Origin: Candidatus Rokuibacteriota bacterium
Lineage (GTDB): Bacteria > Methylomirabilota > Methylomirabilia > Rokubacteriales > CSP1-6
NCBI GenBank assembly: GCA_036802765.1
Contig: DAIRVP010000004.1
Span: 1-63,132, forward strand
Direction of reading: 5' to 3'
DNA length: 63,132 nucleotides
Shown: positions 17,589-27,175 of the stretch, one piece after another
How positions within the stretch are numbered: position 1 is the first letter of the stretch
Layout of the letters: the number at the start of each line of letters is the position of its first letter
Translations under genes and position numbers: made by a program
The notes under the pieces: generated by a model
What the model was told of the DNA's origin: nothing
What the model saw: only the letters and a program-made list of their open reading frames with translations
Databases searched by the model: none

Positions 17589-18430
17589 GCCGCGAGCTCG
17601 TTCCAGGCCACCATGCCGGTGCCCGAGCGCCACGCGACGGCCGGCATGTAGGCGAGCACGTCGGCGGAGCCGCGCGTGAACGCGAGCGCGACAATCCATG
17701 CCAGCAGCTCCGCGGTACCGCCGGAACCGGCCGCTTCCATGCGCTCGAGCGTGCACTCGCGGAGCAGGCGCTCGTGGTCACCGTGCTTGAGGAGATCGAG
17801 GAACCATCGATCGAATTCCTCGTCGACCCAGAAGTAGCGCGGCCCTCCCGGCTCATGTGAGAGCCCGCCGGTGGCGACGACGGCGACACGCAGCGGCGCC
17901 GGATAGGCGCGAATGACCTCGCGCAGGACGACGCCGACCCAGTACGCGCGCTCGGGACGCGGGATCGGCGGCACGGTGCAGTTCATGGTGACCGGGATCA
18001 GTCGGAAGCGCGCGTCCGGGTTCAGGTAGTGCGTCGGGACCGAGATGCCATCGTCGAACTGCATCTCGGCACCGAGATGCGCCAGCGCCAGTCCACGCCG
18101 CGCGCCTTCGTTGACGATGAAGCGCGCGAGGCCCGGCTCGCCGGGCACGCGATATTTCTCCATCCCGAGCCACTCGTCGAACCAGTCGGCGGGTCCCGTG
18201 TGCTCGGCCGCGATGCCGACCGTGTACTCGGGCATGTTGTTCATGGGCCAGTTCAGCAGGTGATCGTTGCTGAACATCACGAGGACGTCGGGACGGGCGG
18301 CCTCGAGCCGACGTCGCATCTCGGCGGTGGCCCCGAGGGCGAGCTGCTGGTGCTCCTCGGGGGCGCGAGCGAACCAGCCGGTGAGCCCGGGCGAATGCGT
18401 CATGGCCATGGCGGCGACGATCTCGGCCAT
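17585..18430 (-). CDS. LigB-type extradiol ring-cleavage dioxygenase catalytic subunit
   Basis: THSP, SNDH, GGLSH and AELLAW motifs. The usual DHG appears as DDG. Confidence 0.85.
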   Translation of the reverse strand: MAEIVAAMAMTHSPGLTGWFARAPEEHQQLALGATAEMRRRLEAARPDVLVMFSNDHLLNWPMNNMPEYTVGIAAEHTGPADWFDEWLGMEKYRVPGEPGLARFIVNEGARRGLALAHLGAEMQFDDGISVPTHYLNPDARFRLIPVTMNCTVPPIPRPERAYWVGVVLREVIRAYPAPLRVAVVATGGLSHEPGGPRYFWVDEEFDRWFLDLLKHGDHERLLRECTLERMEAAGSGGTAELLAWIVALAFTRGSADVLAYMPAVAWRSGTGMVAWNELAA

Positions 18431-18431
18431 G

Positions 18432-18764
18432 TCAGCCCCGCGCCTCGTGAGCCATCGCCTTTGCCGTCTCCTCGGGGAACGCACGCTTGTAGCAATTCAG
18501 CGTTTCGCTGCTGTTGCTGTTCTGCGCGGCGCCGAAAAACAGGCGCAGGATCTGCGGCACGTAGTACTGGTGGACCCCCAGATCCATGAGCCTCCGGGGA
18601 TCCTTCGCCTGGACGGCTTCGAGCTCGGCACGGCTGAGCCCGAACTCCGCCGCGAGGGCCTCGAAGTCGGTGCGCCACCGCTCGCGCAGACGCGCGTCGC
18701 GACGCACGTGGAACATCATCTGGTTCAGCGGCAGCGTCTTGTCGCAGCGCTCGACGTTACCCAC
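18432..18764 (-). CDS. LigA-like small subunit of the extradiol dioxygenase
   Basis: 110 aa immediately upstream of the LigB-like gene, with a FGLSRAELEAV...LMDLGVH pattern. Confidence 0.7.
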   Translation of the reverse strand: MGNVERCDKTLPLNQMMFHVRRDARLRERWRTDFEALAAEFGLSRAELEAVQAKDPRRLMDLGVHQYYVPQILRLFFGAAQNSNSSETLNCYKRAFPEETAKAMAHEARG

Positions 18765-19107
18765 GGAGCACCTTGGGATTGACCTTGAGAAACATGATCA
18801 CGCAGCGCTCTGGCCCGAGATTGCGGACGTCGTGCGGCACGTTGCTCGGAAACTTCACGATCGCGCCGGCGGGCACGACGACTTCCTCGCCGTCGATTGA
18901 CATGTTGGCGGTGCCCTCCAGCACGAAGATCGCCTCTTCCTCCCGCGGATGCGAGTGCATCACGGTCGATTGCCCCGGCTCGTAGCACGCGATCTCCGAC
19001 CAGAGCTGCTCGCTCTTGAAGAGCATCTTGCGGACGCGTTTGTCCGGCGCGAACGCCTTCAGCGCGTGCAGATCGAACACCTCGGTGGCGCGTGCGCTGT
19101 CCTCCAT
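18757..19107 (-). CDS. Cupin_2 domain protein
   Basis: MHSHPREEE...VLEG and NVPHDV motifs; SD GGAGG. Confidence 0.88.
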   Translation of the reverse strand: MEDSARATEVFDLHALKAFAPDKRVRKMLFKSEQLWSEIACYEPGQSTVMHSHPREEEAIFVLEGTANMSIDGEEVVVPAGAIVKFPSNVPHDVRNLGPERCVIMFLKVNPKVLRG

Positions 19108-19189
19108 TGAGGCCTCCCGCGGCTGCCTAGTGTACCCCGAGCGAACGCATCTCTCGGGCAGGGCACCGCATCTTTATGCATGGGAGGCG

Positions 19190-19507
19190 ATGACCATGAT
19201 GCAGGCGCTGATCGCGCCAGCCGTGCTGGCCGCGGTAGTCGCGGTGTGGCTCGTGTGGCTCAAGCGCAGGGAGCAGGTGGAGGATCGGGCGCTGACGGTG
19301 CGTGCCGAGATCCAGAGCGCCGTGAATCGCGCGCTGGAGGGTGAGTCGCTGCTCGCGGTACGTGTCGAGCCGCCGTCGAGCTTTCATCCCGGCCGAGTGG
19401 TGCTCTCCACGCCCACCGGTTATGAGTGGCTGGTTCACGAGGCCTGGAATCCGGTGATTGAGCACGCTCCGACCGACTATGAAGTTGTCGTTCGCCATGC
19501 CGCCTGA
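19190..19507 (+). CDS. Hypothetical single-pass membrane protein
   Basis: SD GGAGG, an N-terminal TM helix and a soluble C-terminal domain. Confidence 0.65.
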   Translation: MTMMQALIAPAVLAAVVAVWLVWLKRREQVEDRALTVRAEIQSAVNRALEGESLLAVRVEPPSSFHPGRVVLSTPTGYEWLVHEAWNPVIEHAPTDYEVVVRHAA

Positions 19508-19518
19508 CCCTCGTCGGC

Positions 19519-19559
19519 TGGCCGGTTTCTGATCGACCAGGGTGGTCAGAAACCGGCCA
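19519..19559. terminator. 14-bp perfect inverted repeat (terminator-like)
   Basis: TGGCCGGTTTCTGA (19519-19532) / TCAGAAACCGGCCA (19546-19559). No clear U-tract. Confidence 0.5.
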
Positions 19560-19633
19560 CCGAATCCCTCTTGATCAACCAACCTGACGGTAAAAAGACC
19601 GCTATTACAATAACTTAGGTATCACGGTAAGTC

Positions 19634-19649
19634 TGGTATCAGGCTTGCC
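19634..19649 (+). promoter_or_regulatory. Sigma54-like motif TGGTATCAGGCTTGCC
   Basis: GG-N10-GC with TTGC, at the end of an AT-rich stretch. Confidence 0.5.
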
Positions 19650-19661
19650 TTACCCCGTGGC

Positions 19662-19997
19662 ATGGTCGACGTGATAGTCAAGATCACGGGGCTGGTGGTG
19701 CTGGCCGTCGCGGTGATGAACCTGGCGCACGGGGCGCTGGTGGCGGCGCGGCTGATTGCGCACGTCACGCGACGTTACCCGCACCTCCGGCTCGACCTTT
19801 GGCTGCCGTGCTGGGGTTACACCCGCGACGCACAGAGCTGGCTCGCAACCTGGCGCGGCATCCTGCGCTCCGGCGATCCGACAATGGCGGCCATCCGCAC
19901 GGACGGCCGACTCGTCATAGCCCGCCACGTACAGCTCATGCTTTCGTCACAGGCGTGGGCGATGGTGGTGGCCACGATGGTGCCGCGGCTCTCATAA
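19662..19997 (+). CDS. Hypothetical membrane protein (2 TM)
   Basis: Hydrophobic N- and C-terminal segments. Start is ATG 19662 or GTG 19671. Confidence 0.55.
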   Translation: MVDVIVKITGLVVLAVAVMNLAHGALVAARLIAHVTRRYPHLRLDLWLPCWGYTRDAQSWLATWRGILRSGDPTMAAIRTDGRLVIARHVQLMLSSQAWAMVVATMVPRLS

Positions 19998-20074
19998 GCT
20001 TCGGTGCCAGCCCGGAGGCGGCCGTCGGTGGCGCGACCACGACCGTCTCCGGGCTCAATTGTTTCTGCCGAACG

Positions 20075-20716
20075 TTAGTCGGTCGGATTCACCATCAGGC
20101 GAACCGTCACGCGGCGAAGCTTCGCGTGCTCGGAATTGGCCGCCGTCAGCGGACCCATACCGATGTAGTGAATCCGCGCGAGATCCGCACCATTCTCGAT
20201 CAGATAACGACGCACCGACTCGACGCGCCGCTGGCTGAGCGCCATGTTGTACTCGCGCGTCCCGGTCGGGTCGGTGTAACCCTCGAGGTCGACGCTCAGG
20301 TCGGCGTTCGTCTTGAGCTCCTTCACGATGCCGAGCAGGGCGGTCTGTGCACCATCGGAGAGATCCGACCGGTCGAAGGCGAACTGCACGTGAAGCGTCT
20401 CGACCACCGTGCGCTTGTTGCGGCCGCTCCACAGCCGAGACAGCCGGCTGTTCACGTCGTCGGCTTTGCCGACCGCGGCCTCGGCTCGGCCTTGCGCCGC
20501 CTCGGCGCGATCATTCGCGGCGTCGGCGCGACCCTGGGCGGCCTTGGTCGCGTCGCCGACGTCTTTCACCGCGCCGTCGACCCGTGAGAAGCGGTCGTCG
20601 ATCTGCACCTGGCGCTTGCCTAGGTTCTCGTTGACCCAGTCCCGAGTCGCGATGCAGCCCGTGGTCGCCAGCGCGACAAGCACGAGTGGCGCGCTCCAGA
20701 TCACTAGTCGTCGCAT
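20075..20716 (-). CDS. OmpA-family lipoprotein with an Ala-rich coiled-coil N-domain
   Basis: SD AGGAGG, lipobox-like LATTGC, FAFDRSDL...EGYTD...YNMALSQRR...LRRV OmpA_C domain. Confidence 0.9.
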   Translation of the reverse strand: MRRLVIWSAPLVLVALATTGCIATRDWVNENLGKRQVQIDDRFSRVDGAVKDVGDATKAAQGRADAANDRAEAAQGRAEAAVGKADDVNSRLSRLWSGRNKRTVVETLHVQFAFDRSDLSDGAQTALLGIVKELKTNADLSVDLEGYTDPTGTREYNMALSQRRVESVRRYLIENGADLARIHYIGMGPLTAANSEHAKLRRVTVRLMVNPTD

Positions 20717-20774
20717 TGCTGAGTCCTCCTGTCCGAAAGTACACGTCGAGCGCCCCTGGACCTGTCGATCTGGC

Positions 20775-20790
20775 TGCAACGCGCGAGCCA
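20775..20790 (-). promoter_or_regulatory. Sigma54-like motif TGGCTCGCGCGTTGCA
   Basis: GG-N10-GC; predicted TSS about 20764, 48 nt before the OmpA-family start. Confidence 0.55.
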
Positions 20791-20953
20791 GACCGGAAAT
20801 GTGGGATTTTCGCGGGTGCGGTGTCGCGCAACGCACCGTGGGCGTGACACTCATGTCATCGCGCTGACGTCGGAGGGCTGTACCCAGGAACGGAATTATT
20901 TTTCCGTGCCCGAGCACGACGGGTTCGCGCCGACGCACGGCCGGGTGGTGCAC

Positions 20954-20982
20954 TTGACATCGGAGCGCTTTGATCGGACAGT
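20954..20982 (+). promoter_or_regulatory. Sigma70-like promoter TTGACA-17-GACAGT
   Basis: Perfect -35 box with a 17-nt spacer; the -10 box ends 8 nt before ATG 20991. Confidence 0.5.
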
Positions 20983-20990
20983 GACGCGCG

Positions 20991-21707
20991 ATGTTCGGAG
21001 CCGTAAGGACGCCACGCGTGTACGAGCACATCGTCGCGCAGATCGAGCGGGCGATTTACGAGGGACGCCTCGCATGTCGTGACAAGCTGCCGCCCGAGCG
21101 GCAGCTCGTGCGCGAGTTCGGCGCGAGCCGCGTGGCCGTGCGCGAAGCGTTGCGCGCGCTCGAGCACCGCGGTCTCGTCGAGGTCCGTCAAGGGTCCGCG
21201 GGCGGCTACTTCATCCGCGAGGTCGACGCCACGCCCGTCGTGCGCGATCTCTCGACGCTGTTCCGTCTCGGCCGCGTGTCACCGGCGCAGCTCGCCGAAG
21301 CGCGTCTGCTGCTCGAGCCCGAGTCGGCGCGGCTGGCCGCAGCGCGCGTGAGCGATCATGAGCTGAAGCTGCTCGGCGAGTGCCTCGAGGCGCGCACGCA
21401 GGTCGGTTTGACCTCGCGCCGTCGCCGCGGACTGGACGCCGAGTTCCACCGGCTGGTGGCGGCGGCAGCGCGCAATCCGATCCACGCCGCGGTGACGCAC
21501 GCGCTCACCACGCTGGAAGTCAAGCTCTCGGCGCAGCGGCCGGAGTTGACCGCCGAGGACGACGCCGAGATCATCGCCGCGCATCTCGCCATCCACGACG
21601 CGATCGCACGGCGCGACCCCGACGCCGCACGCGGGGCGATGCACGCGCACATCCTCGACGTCGAGCGCCGGCTCGAGCCCGCGATCATCGCGCACGCCGC
21701 GTCCTGA
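20991..21707 (+). CDS. FadR/GntR family transcriptional regulator (FCD domain)
   Basis: KLPPERQLVREFGASRVAVREAL wHTH and EFH...AH FCD residues. Confidence 0.93.
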   Translation: MFGAVRTPRVYEHIVAQIERAIYEGRLACRDKLPPERQLVREFGASRVAVREALRALEHRGLVEVRQGSAGGYFIREVDATPVVRDLSTLFRLGRVSPAQLAEARLLLEPESARLAAARVSDHELKLLGECLEARTQVGLTSRRRRGLDAEFHRLVAAAARNPIHAAVTHALTTLEVKLSAQRPELTAEDDAEIIAAHLAIHDAIARRDPDAARGAMHAHILDVERRLEPAIIAHAAS

Positions 21708-22915
21708 TGCCACGCCGCTCCATCGCTCTGCTGCTCGTCACTGCGCTCGTCGTCATCGCCGCACCGTCCGTGGCGCAGGCGCCGATCCGCATCGGCGAGA
21801 TCAACTCGTTCAGCGGCATCGGGGCGCCATTCACCGGGCCGTACCGGCAAGCCATCGAGATGGTCATGGACGAGATCAACGCCAAGGGTGGCGTGCTCGG
21901 CCGACGGATCGAGGTGCTTTTCCGCGACGACAAGGGCCAGCCGGCCGAGGCGGTGAAGCATGCGCAGGAGCTCGTCGCGGCGGAGAAGGTCAGCCTGATC
22001 TCGGGGACCTTCCTGTCCAATGTCGGACTCGCGGTGTCGGACTGGGCGAAGCAGAACAACACGCTGTTCGTCGCCGCCGAACCGCTGACGGAAGCGATCA
22101 CGTGGTCGAAGGGCCACGATCACGTCTTCCGCGTTCGCCCGAACACCTACGAGCAGGGACGGATGCTCGCCGAGAAGGCCGGCCGCATGAAGTACGCGAA
22201 GTGGGCGACCATCGGGCCGAACTATGAATACGGCAAGCGCGCGTGGGAGACGTTTCGTGATCGCCTCAAGGATCTGAAGCCGGACGTGCAGGTCGTCGGC
22301 GAGCACTGGCCGACGCTGGGCAAGCTGGAGGCAGGACCGTTCGTCACTGCCATCCTCAGTCAGAATCCCGACGCCCTCTACGTCTCGCTCTTCGGCAGCG
22401 ACTGGATCGCCTTCGTGCGCGAGGCGAAGAAGCGGGGCCTGTTCGACAAGATGTTCGTCGTCGGCATCCTCCTCGGCGAGCCGGAATACATCGATCCGCT
22501 CGGGCTGGAGGCGCCGGAGGGCATGCTGGTCACCGGCTATCCCTGGTACGACATCGCGATTCCCGCGCACAAAGAGTTCGTCGCGCGCTTCACGAAGCGC
22601 AACGACAAGAATCCGGTGCTCGGCTCGCTGGTGGGCTACGTGACGTATCTCTCGATCTTCGAGGCCCTCCGCAAGGCGGGCTCGACGGATACCGACAAGC
22701 TGGTGGCCGCGTTTCGCGGCCTCAAGGTCGAGACGCCGATCGGTCCGATCTCGTATCGCGCCTCCGACGGGCAGTCGACGATGGGCGCGTGGGTGGGTAC
22801 CACCCGGCTGGATGCCAAGCGCGGCGTCGGGATCATGGTGAACCACGAGTACGTGCCGGGTGAGAAAGTCCTGCCGTCCGACGACGAAGTGAAAAAGCTC
22901 CGAAGCGGCAGCTGA
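21707..22915 (+). CDS. Liv-type (periplasmic binding protein type 1) ABC substrate-binding protein
   Basis: Signal peptide, IRIGEIN, INAKGGVLGR, RDDKGQP motifs. Confidence 0.9.
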   Translation: MPRRSIALLLVTALVVIAAPSVAQAPIRIGEINSFSGIGAPFTGPYRQAIEMVMDEINAKGGVLGRRIEVLFRDDKGQPAEAVKHAQELVAAEKVSLISGTFLSNVGLAVSDWAKQNNTLFVAAEPLTEAITWSKGHDHVFRVRPNTYEQGRMLAEKAGRMKYAKWATIGPNYEYGKRAWETFRDRLKDLKPDVQVVGEHWPTLGKLEAGPFVTAILSQNPDALYVSLFGSDWIAFVREAKKRGLFDKMFVVGILLGEPEYIDPLGLEAPEGMLVTGYPWYDIAIPAHKEFVARFTKRNDKNPVLGSLVGYVTYLSIFEALRKAGSTDTDKLVAAFRGLKVETPIGPISYRASDGQSTMGAWVGTTRLDAKRGVGIMVNHEYVPGEKVLPSDDEVKKLRSGS

Positions 22916-24744
22916 GCCCGTCGCTCTTCCTCGTCCAGCTCCTCGCGGGGCTCGCCCACGCGATGGTCCTGTTCCTCATCGCGTCCGGCCTTTCGCTGAT
23001 CTTCGGCGTCACTCGCGTCGTCAACTTCGCGCACGGCTCCTTCTACATGCTCGCGGCGTATGTCGCGTACACGCTGACCGCCGCGCTGCCGCTGGGGGCC
23101 GCGTCGTTCTACGTCGCCGTCGGTCTGGCCGCGCTTTTCTTGGGACTGCTCGGAGCCGCGGTCGAGATGGCGCTGCTGCGCCGTGTGTATCGCGCGCCGG
23201 AGCTCTACCAGCTCCTGCTGACCTTCGCCCTCGTCCTGGTGGCCTCGGACTTCGTCAAGCTCGTGTGGGGCAGCGAGAACAAAACGGGGCCGATGGCGCC
23301 CGGGCTCGCCGGCGCCGTTCGCATCGCGGGGCAGCTCGTGCCGACCTACGACCTCGCGCTGATCGTGCTGGGCCCCGCCGTCGCCGCCGGATTGTGGTGG
23401 GTCTTCTATCGCACGCGGTGGGGCGTGCTCATCCGCGCGGCGACCCAGGACCGCGAGATGGTGGCGCTGCTCGGCGTCGATCAGGCACGACTCTTCACCG
23501 GCGTGTTCGCTCTCGGCTCGCTGCTCGCCGGTCTCGCGGGCGCGCTGCAGATCCCGCGACAGGCACTCACCACCGTCATGGACGCGGCGATCATCACCGA
23601 AGCGTTCGTCGTCGTGGTCGTGGGTGGCATGGGCTCGGTGCCCGGCGCGTTGCTGGCCGCGGTGGTCATCGGTGTCATCGACGCCTTCGGCGTCCTCGTG
23701 CTGCCGCGCGCGACGCTCGTGCTGACGTTCGTGGTGATGGCGATCGTCCTCGTGACACGACCGTGGGGACTTCTCGGCCGGCCGGAAGCGCAGGCTCGCT
23801 CCGCGGGCGCTGCAATCGCGGGCGCGCATGCTGTCACGGTGCCCCGCCTCGTGGTTGCCGCCCTCGTGGCATTGCTGGTCGCCGTACCGCCGCTGCTCCC
23901 CACGTTCTACGTCTGGGTGCTGGTGGAGATCCTCGCCTTTGCGCTGTTCGCGGCGAGCCTCCATCTGCTGATGGGCAGCGCCGGGATGGTCTCGTTCGGC
24001 CATGCGGCGGCATTTGGCATCGGCGCGTATGGGGCGGCACTGCTCGTCCGCTGGGCGAACGCGCCGATGCCCGTGGCGTTTCTCGGCGCGCCCGTGGCGG
24101 CTGGTCTGGCCGCGATCATCATTGGCTTCTTCTGCGTGCGTCTGTCATCCATCTACTTCGCGATGCTCACGCTGGCGTTTGCCCAGATCGCCTACGCCGT
24201 CGCGCACCAGTGGTACGACGTCACGGGAGGGGACAACGGTCTGCTGGGCATCTGGCCGGCGCGAGCGGTTGCGTCGCCGGTGCGCTATTACTACGTCGCA
24301 CTCGTCGCGTGTGGCGCCGGTCTGGCGCTGCTCGCCGCGATCGGCCGCGCGCCGTTCGGGCTGACGCTTCGCGCGGCGCGTGACCATGCGCGCCGCGCGG
24401 AGGCCGTGGGCATCGACGTGCGCGCGCATCAGTGGCTGGCGTTCATCGTTGCCGGCGTGTTCGGCGGTCTCGCTGGCGGCACGTTCGTGTTTCTCAAAGG
24501 CAGCGTCTTTCCGGAGTCTCTCGCGGTGCCTGTGTCGGTCGAACCGCTGGTGATGGTGCTGCTCGGCGGCATCCACTCGCTGGCCGGCGCGCCGCTCGGC
24601 GCGGCGCTCTACAAGCTCCTCGACACGGTGGTGACGCGGTACACGGAGTACTGGCAGCTCGTGCTCGGCACGATCCTCGTCGTCCTCGTGCTCGCGTTTC
24701 CTCGCGGCATTCTCGGCGTGCTCGGCGCGCGCGCCCGTGACTGA
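22912..24744 (+). CDS. Fused LivH-LivM ABC permease
   Basis: Two BPD_transp_2-like halves (FGVTRVVNFAHG; GMVSFGHAA; GGDNG). The N-terminal helix extends to CTG 22912; the first canonical start is ATG 22963. Confidence 0.88.
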   Translation: MSPSLFLVQLLAGLAHAMVLFLIASGLSLIFGVTRVVNFAHGSFYMLAAYVAYTLTAALPLGAASFYVAVGLAALFLGLLGAAVEMALLRRVYRAPELYQLLLTFALVLVASDFVKLVWGSENKTGPMAPGLAGAVRIAGQLVPTYDLALIVLGPAVAAGLWWVFYRTRWGVLIRAATQDREMVALLGVDQARLFTGVFALGSLLAGLAGALQIPRQALTTVMDAAIITEAFVVVVVGGMGSVPGALLAAVVIGVIDAFGVLVLPRATLVLTFVVMAIVLVTRPWGLLGRPEAQARSAGAAIAGAHAVTVPRLVVAALVALLVAVPPLLPTFYVWVLVEILAFALFAASLHLLMGSAGMVSFGHAAAFGIGAYGAALLVRWANAPMPVAFLGAPVAAGLAAIIIGFFCVRLSSIYFAMLTLAFAQIAYAVAHQWYDVTGGDNGLLGIWPARAVASPVRYYYVALVACGAGLALLAAIGRAPFGLTLRAARDHARRAEAVGIDVRAHQWLAFIVAGVFGGLAGGTFVFLKGSVFPESLAVPVSVEPLVMVLLGGIHSLAGAPLGAALYKLLDTVVTRYTEYWQLVLGTILVVLVLAFPRGILGVLGARARD

Positions 24745-25492
24745 GCCGACGCCCGTCCTCGAGGTCGAAGACGTCCGCCGCGCGTTCGGCGGCGTCCAGG
24801 CCGTGGACGGCGTTTCGTTCGCGCTCGCGCGCGGCGAGATCCGCGCGCTCATCGGCCCCAACGGCGCGGGCAAATCGACGTTCTTCAACATTCTCACCGG
24901 CCAGCTGCGCGCCGATGCCGGCGATGTGCGCTGGCACGGGCGGTCGATCCTCGGGCTGCCGCCGCACGCCATCTGGCGCCTGGGGATCAGCCGCACGTTT
25001 CAAATCACTGCCACCTTCGGCACGCTCACCGCGCTGGAGAACGTGCAGGTCGCCCGGCTGTCGCACACCGGCCGCAGCCGCGCGCTGGTGACGCCCGCCG
25101 CGCGGCTCGAGACCGCGCCGTCACGCACGCTGCTCGAGCAGGTCGGCCTGGCGGAGCAGGCGACGAGGCCGGCGGGTGTGCTCGCGTATGGAGATCTCAA
25201 GAAGCTGGAGCTGGCGATCGCCCTGGCCAACGACCCGACGCTGCTCCTGCTCGACGAGCCGACCGCCGGAATGGCGCCGGCCGAGCGTGGCGCGCTCATG
25301 GGGGTCACGGCGCGGATCGCGCGCGAGCGCCAGCTCACCGTGCTGTTCACCGAGCACGACATGGACGTCGTGTTCGCGGTGGCCGATCGCATCATGGTGC
25401 TGCATCAGGGCCGCGTGATCGCCGACGGTCCGCCCATGGCCGTGCGCGCAGACGCGCAGGTGCAGGCCGTGTATCTCGGCGAAGGGTCATGA
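24737..25492 (+). CDS. ABC ATP-binding protein, LivG-like
   Basis: GPNGAGKS Walker A, LAYG, LLLLDEP, EHDM motifs. Confidence 0.93.
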   Translation: MTEPTPVLEVEDVRRAFGGVQAVDGVSFALARGEIRALIGPNGAGKSTFFNILTGQLRADAGDVRWHGRSILGLPPHAIWRLGISRTFQITATFGTLTALENVQVARLSHTGRSRALVTPAARLETAPSRTLLEQVGLAEQATRPAGVLAYGDLKKLELAIALANDPTLLLLDEPTAGMAPAERGALMGVTARIARERQLTVLFTEHDMDVVFAVADRIMVLHQGRVIADGPPMAVRADAQVQAVYLGEGS

Positions 25493-26181
25493 GCCTGGAG
25501 CTGCGCGACGTCCACGCGGTGTACGGCAAGAGCCGCGTCTTGTACGGGGTCTCGCTGCGTGCGACGGAGGGTGAGGTCGTGTGTTTGCTGGGTCGTAATG
25601 GTGCTGGAAAGTCGTCGACGCTCCGCGCGATCGTCGGCCTGGTGGAGATCATCAGCGGCGACGTGCTGGTCGACGGGCGCTCGCTGCGCGGCATTCCGAC
25701 GCATACCATCGCTCGCCTGGGCGTCGGCCTCGTGCCCGAAGACCGCCGGATTTTCGGGGATCTCAGCGTCGTCGAAAACCTTGCCGTCGGCGCGCGCCCC
25801 GATGCGGGCTGGACGCTCGAACGTGTGTTCGGCCTGTTCCCGAAGCTCGCGCAGCTGGCGCGCCAGCGCGGCGGCAGCCTCTCCGGCGGCGAGCAGCAGA
25901 TGCTGACGATCGCGCGCACACTCATGACCGGGCCGCGCGTCTTGCTGCTCGACGAGCCGTCGGAAGGCCTGGCGCCGGTCATCGTACAGGCGCTGGCCAC
26001 CAATATCGCGGCACTCAAACGTCAGGGTTTGACCATCGTCATGGCTGAGCAGAACGTAAAATTCGCGCGCCGTCTCGCCGACCGCGCCTACATCATCGAG
26101 AAAGGGCAGATCCGATTCGACGGCTCGATGGCTGCGCTCGACGCCGACGAATCGCTTCGCCGCGCATACCTCGCAGTTTAA
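25489..26181 (+). CDS. ABC ATP-binding protein, LivF-like
   Basis: GRNGAGKS, LSGGEQQML, LLLDEPSEG motifs. Confidence 0.93.
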   Translation: MSLELRDVHAVYGKSRVLYGVSLRATEGEVVCLLGRNGAGKSSTLRAIVGLVEIISGDVLVDGRSLRGIPTHTIARLGVGLVPEDRRIFGDLSVVENLAVGARPDAGWTLERVFGLFPKLAQLARQRGGSLSGGEQQMLTIARTLMTGPRVLLLDEPSEGLAPVIVQALATNIAALKRQGLTIVMAEQNVKFARRLADRAYIIEKGQIRFDGSMAALDADESLRRAYLAV

Positions 26182-27092
26182 GAATTCTTCGCGAGCGTGA
26201 GGCGGGCCATCGCGCGAATGGGACGACTCAGGTGCCGCGCGGCATAGCGGCGATGCTGCGGGAGACAGCGCGCGAACACGATCGCCCGGCGTGCGGCATC
26301 GCGCCAGTTGCGCGCGTTGACATCGGCGCGGATCGCCTCCAGCAGCCGGTCGAAGTACCAGACGACGTTGTCTCGCTCTCGATATGCAGCGTGGTGCACA
26401 GACGACGACGACGGCCCGGGGCGATGGCGACGAAGAACACGCAGCGTGTGAACGAGCATGCGCTCGATGTTGCGGCTGAGTGTCCCGTTGTGCTGCCGGT
26501 ATTCAGACACCTCGGTGTAGTGATCGACGATTGGAAAGCGTTGGGCCAGCCGCAGGTACAAGTCGTAATCTTCGGCGAAACGCAGGCGCTCGTCGAAGCC
26601 ACGGAGGGCGACGAGGGCGTCGCGCCGATACGTGGCGGTGGCGACCACGATCCAGCATCGGCGAACGAGCGAGGCGTAATGGTCAGTGTCGACGCGTGCA
26701 CGCCGCGGCGTCGGCAACGGCGACCCGTCGGCGGCGATTCGCCGCTCGAGGCCCACGGCGAGCGCGGCGTCGGGGCGTGCGGCGAGCACGGTCACGCCGA
26801 CGTTGACCGCGTTCGGCAGAAGCCGGTCGTCGGCATCGAGAAAGATAACGTAGCGTCCCTTGCTCGCCTGCCAGCCCGCGTTGCGGGCGGCGGGCAGCCC
26901 CCGGTTCGGCTGCCGCAGGTAGCGGACCGGCGCGTGACGCGCGACGACCGCGGCCGTGTCGTCGGTCGAGCCGTCGTCGACGACGATGACCTCGACGAAC
27001 GGATAGGTTTGGGAGCGCGCGGACGCGATCGCGTCGTCCAGATAGCGGGCCTGGTTGTAACAGGGGATGATGATCGACATCAGATCGCCCAC
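26178..27092 (-). CDS. Glycosyltransferase family 2
   Basis: SIIIPCYN, VVDDGSTD, AARNAG, FLDADD, AEDYDL motifs. Confidence 0.92.
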   Translation of the reverse strand: MGDLMSIIIPCYNQARYLDDAIASARSQTYPFVEVIVVDDGSTDDTAAVVARHAPVRYLRQPNRGLPAARNAGWQASKGRYVIFLDADDRLLPNAVNVGVTVLAARPDAALAVGLERRIAADGSPLPTPRRARVDTDHYASLVRRCWIVVATATYRRDALVALRGFDERLRFAEDYDLYLRLAQRFPIVDHYTEVSEYRQHNGTLSRNIERMLVHTLRVLRRHRPGPSSSSVHHAAYRERDNVVWYFDRLLEAIRADVNARNWRDAARRAIVFARCLPQHRRYAARHLSRPIRAMARLTLAKNS

Positions 27093-27175
27093 GGCGTGAC
27101 ATCACAGCAAGTGTGGGGCCGCGAGCGACTTGCACCGCGTTTCACGATTTGACACACTCGCGCGACGAGGCCCAC

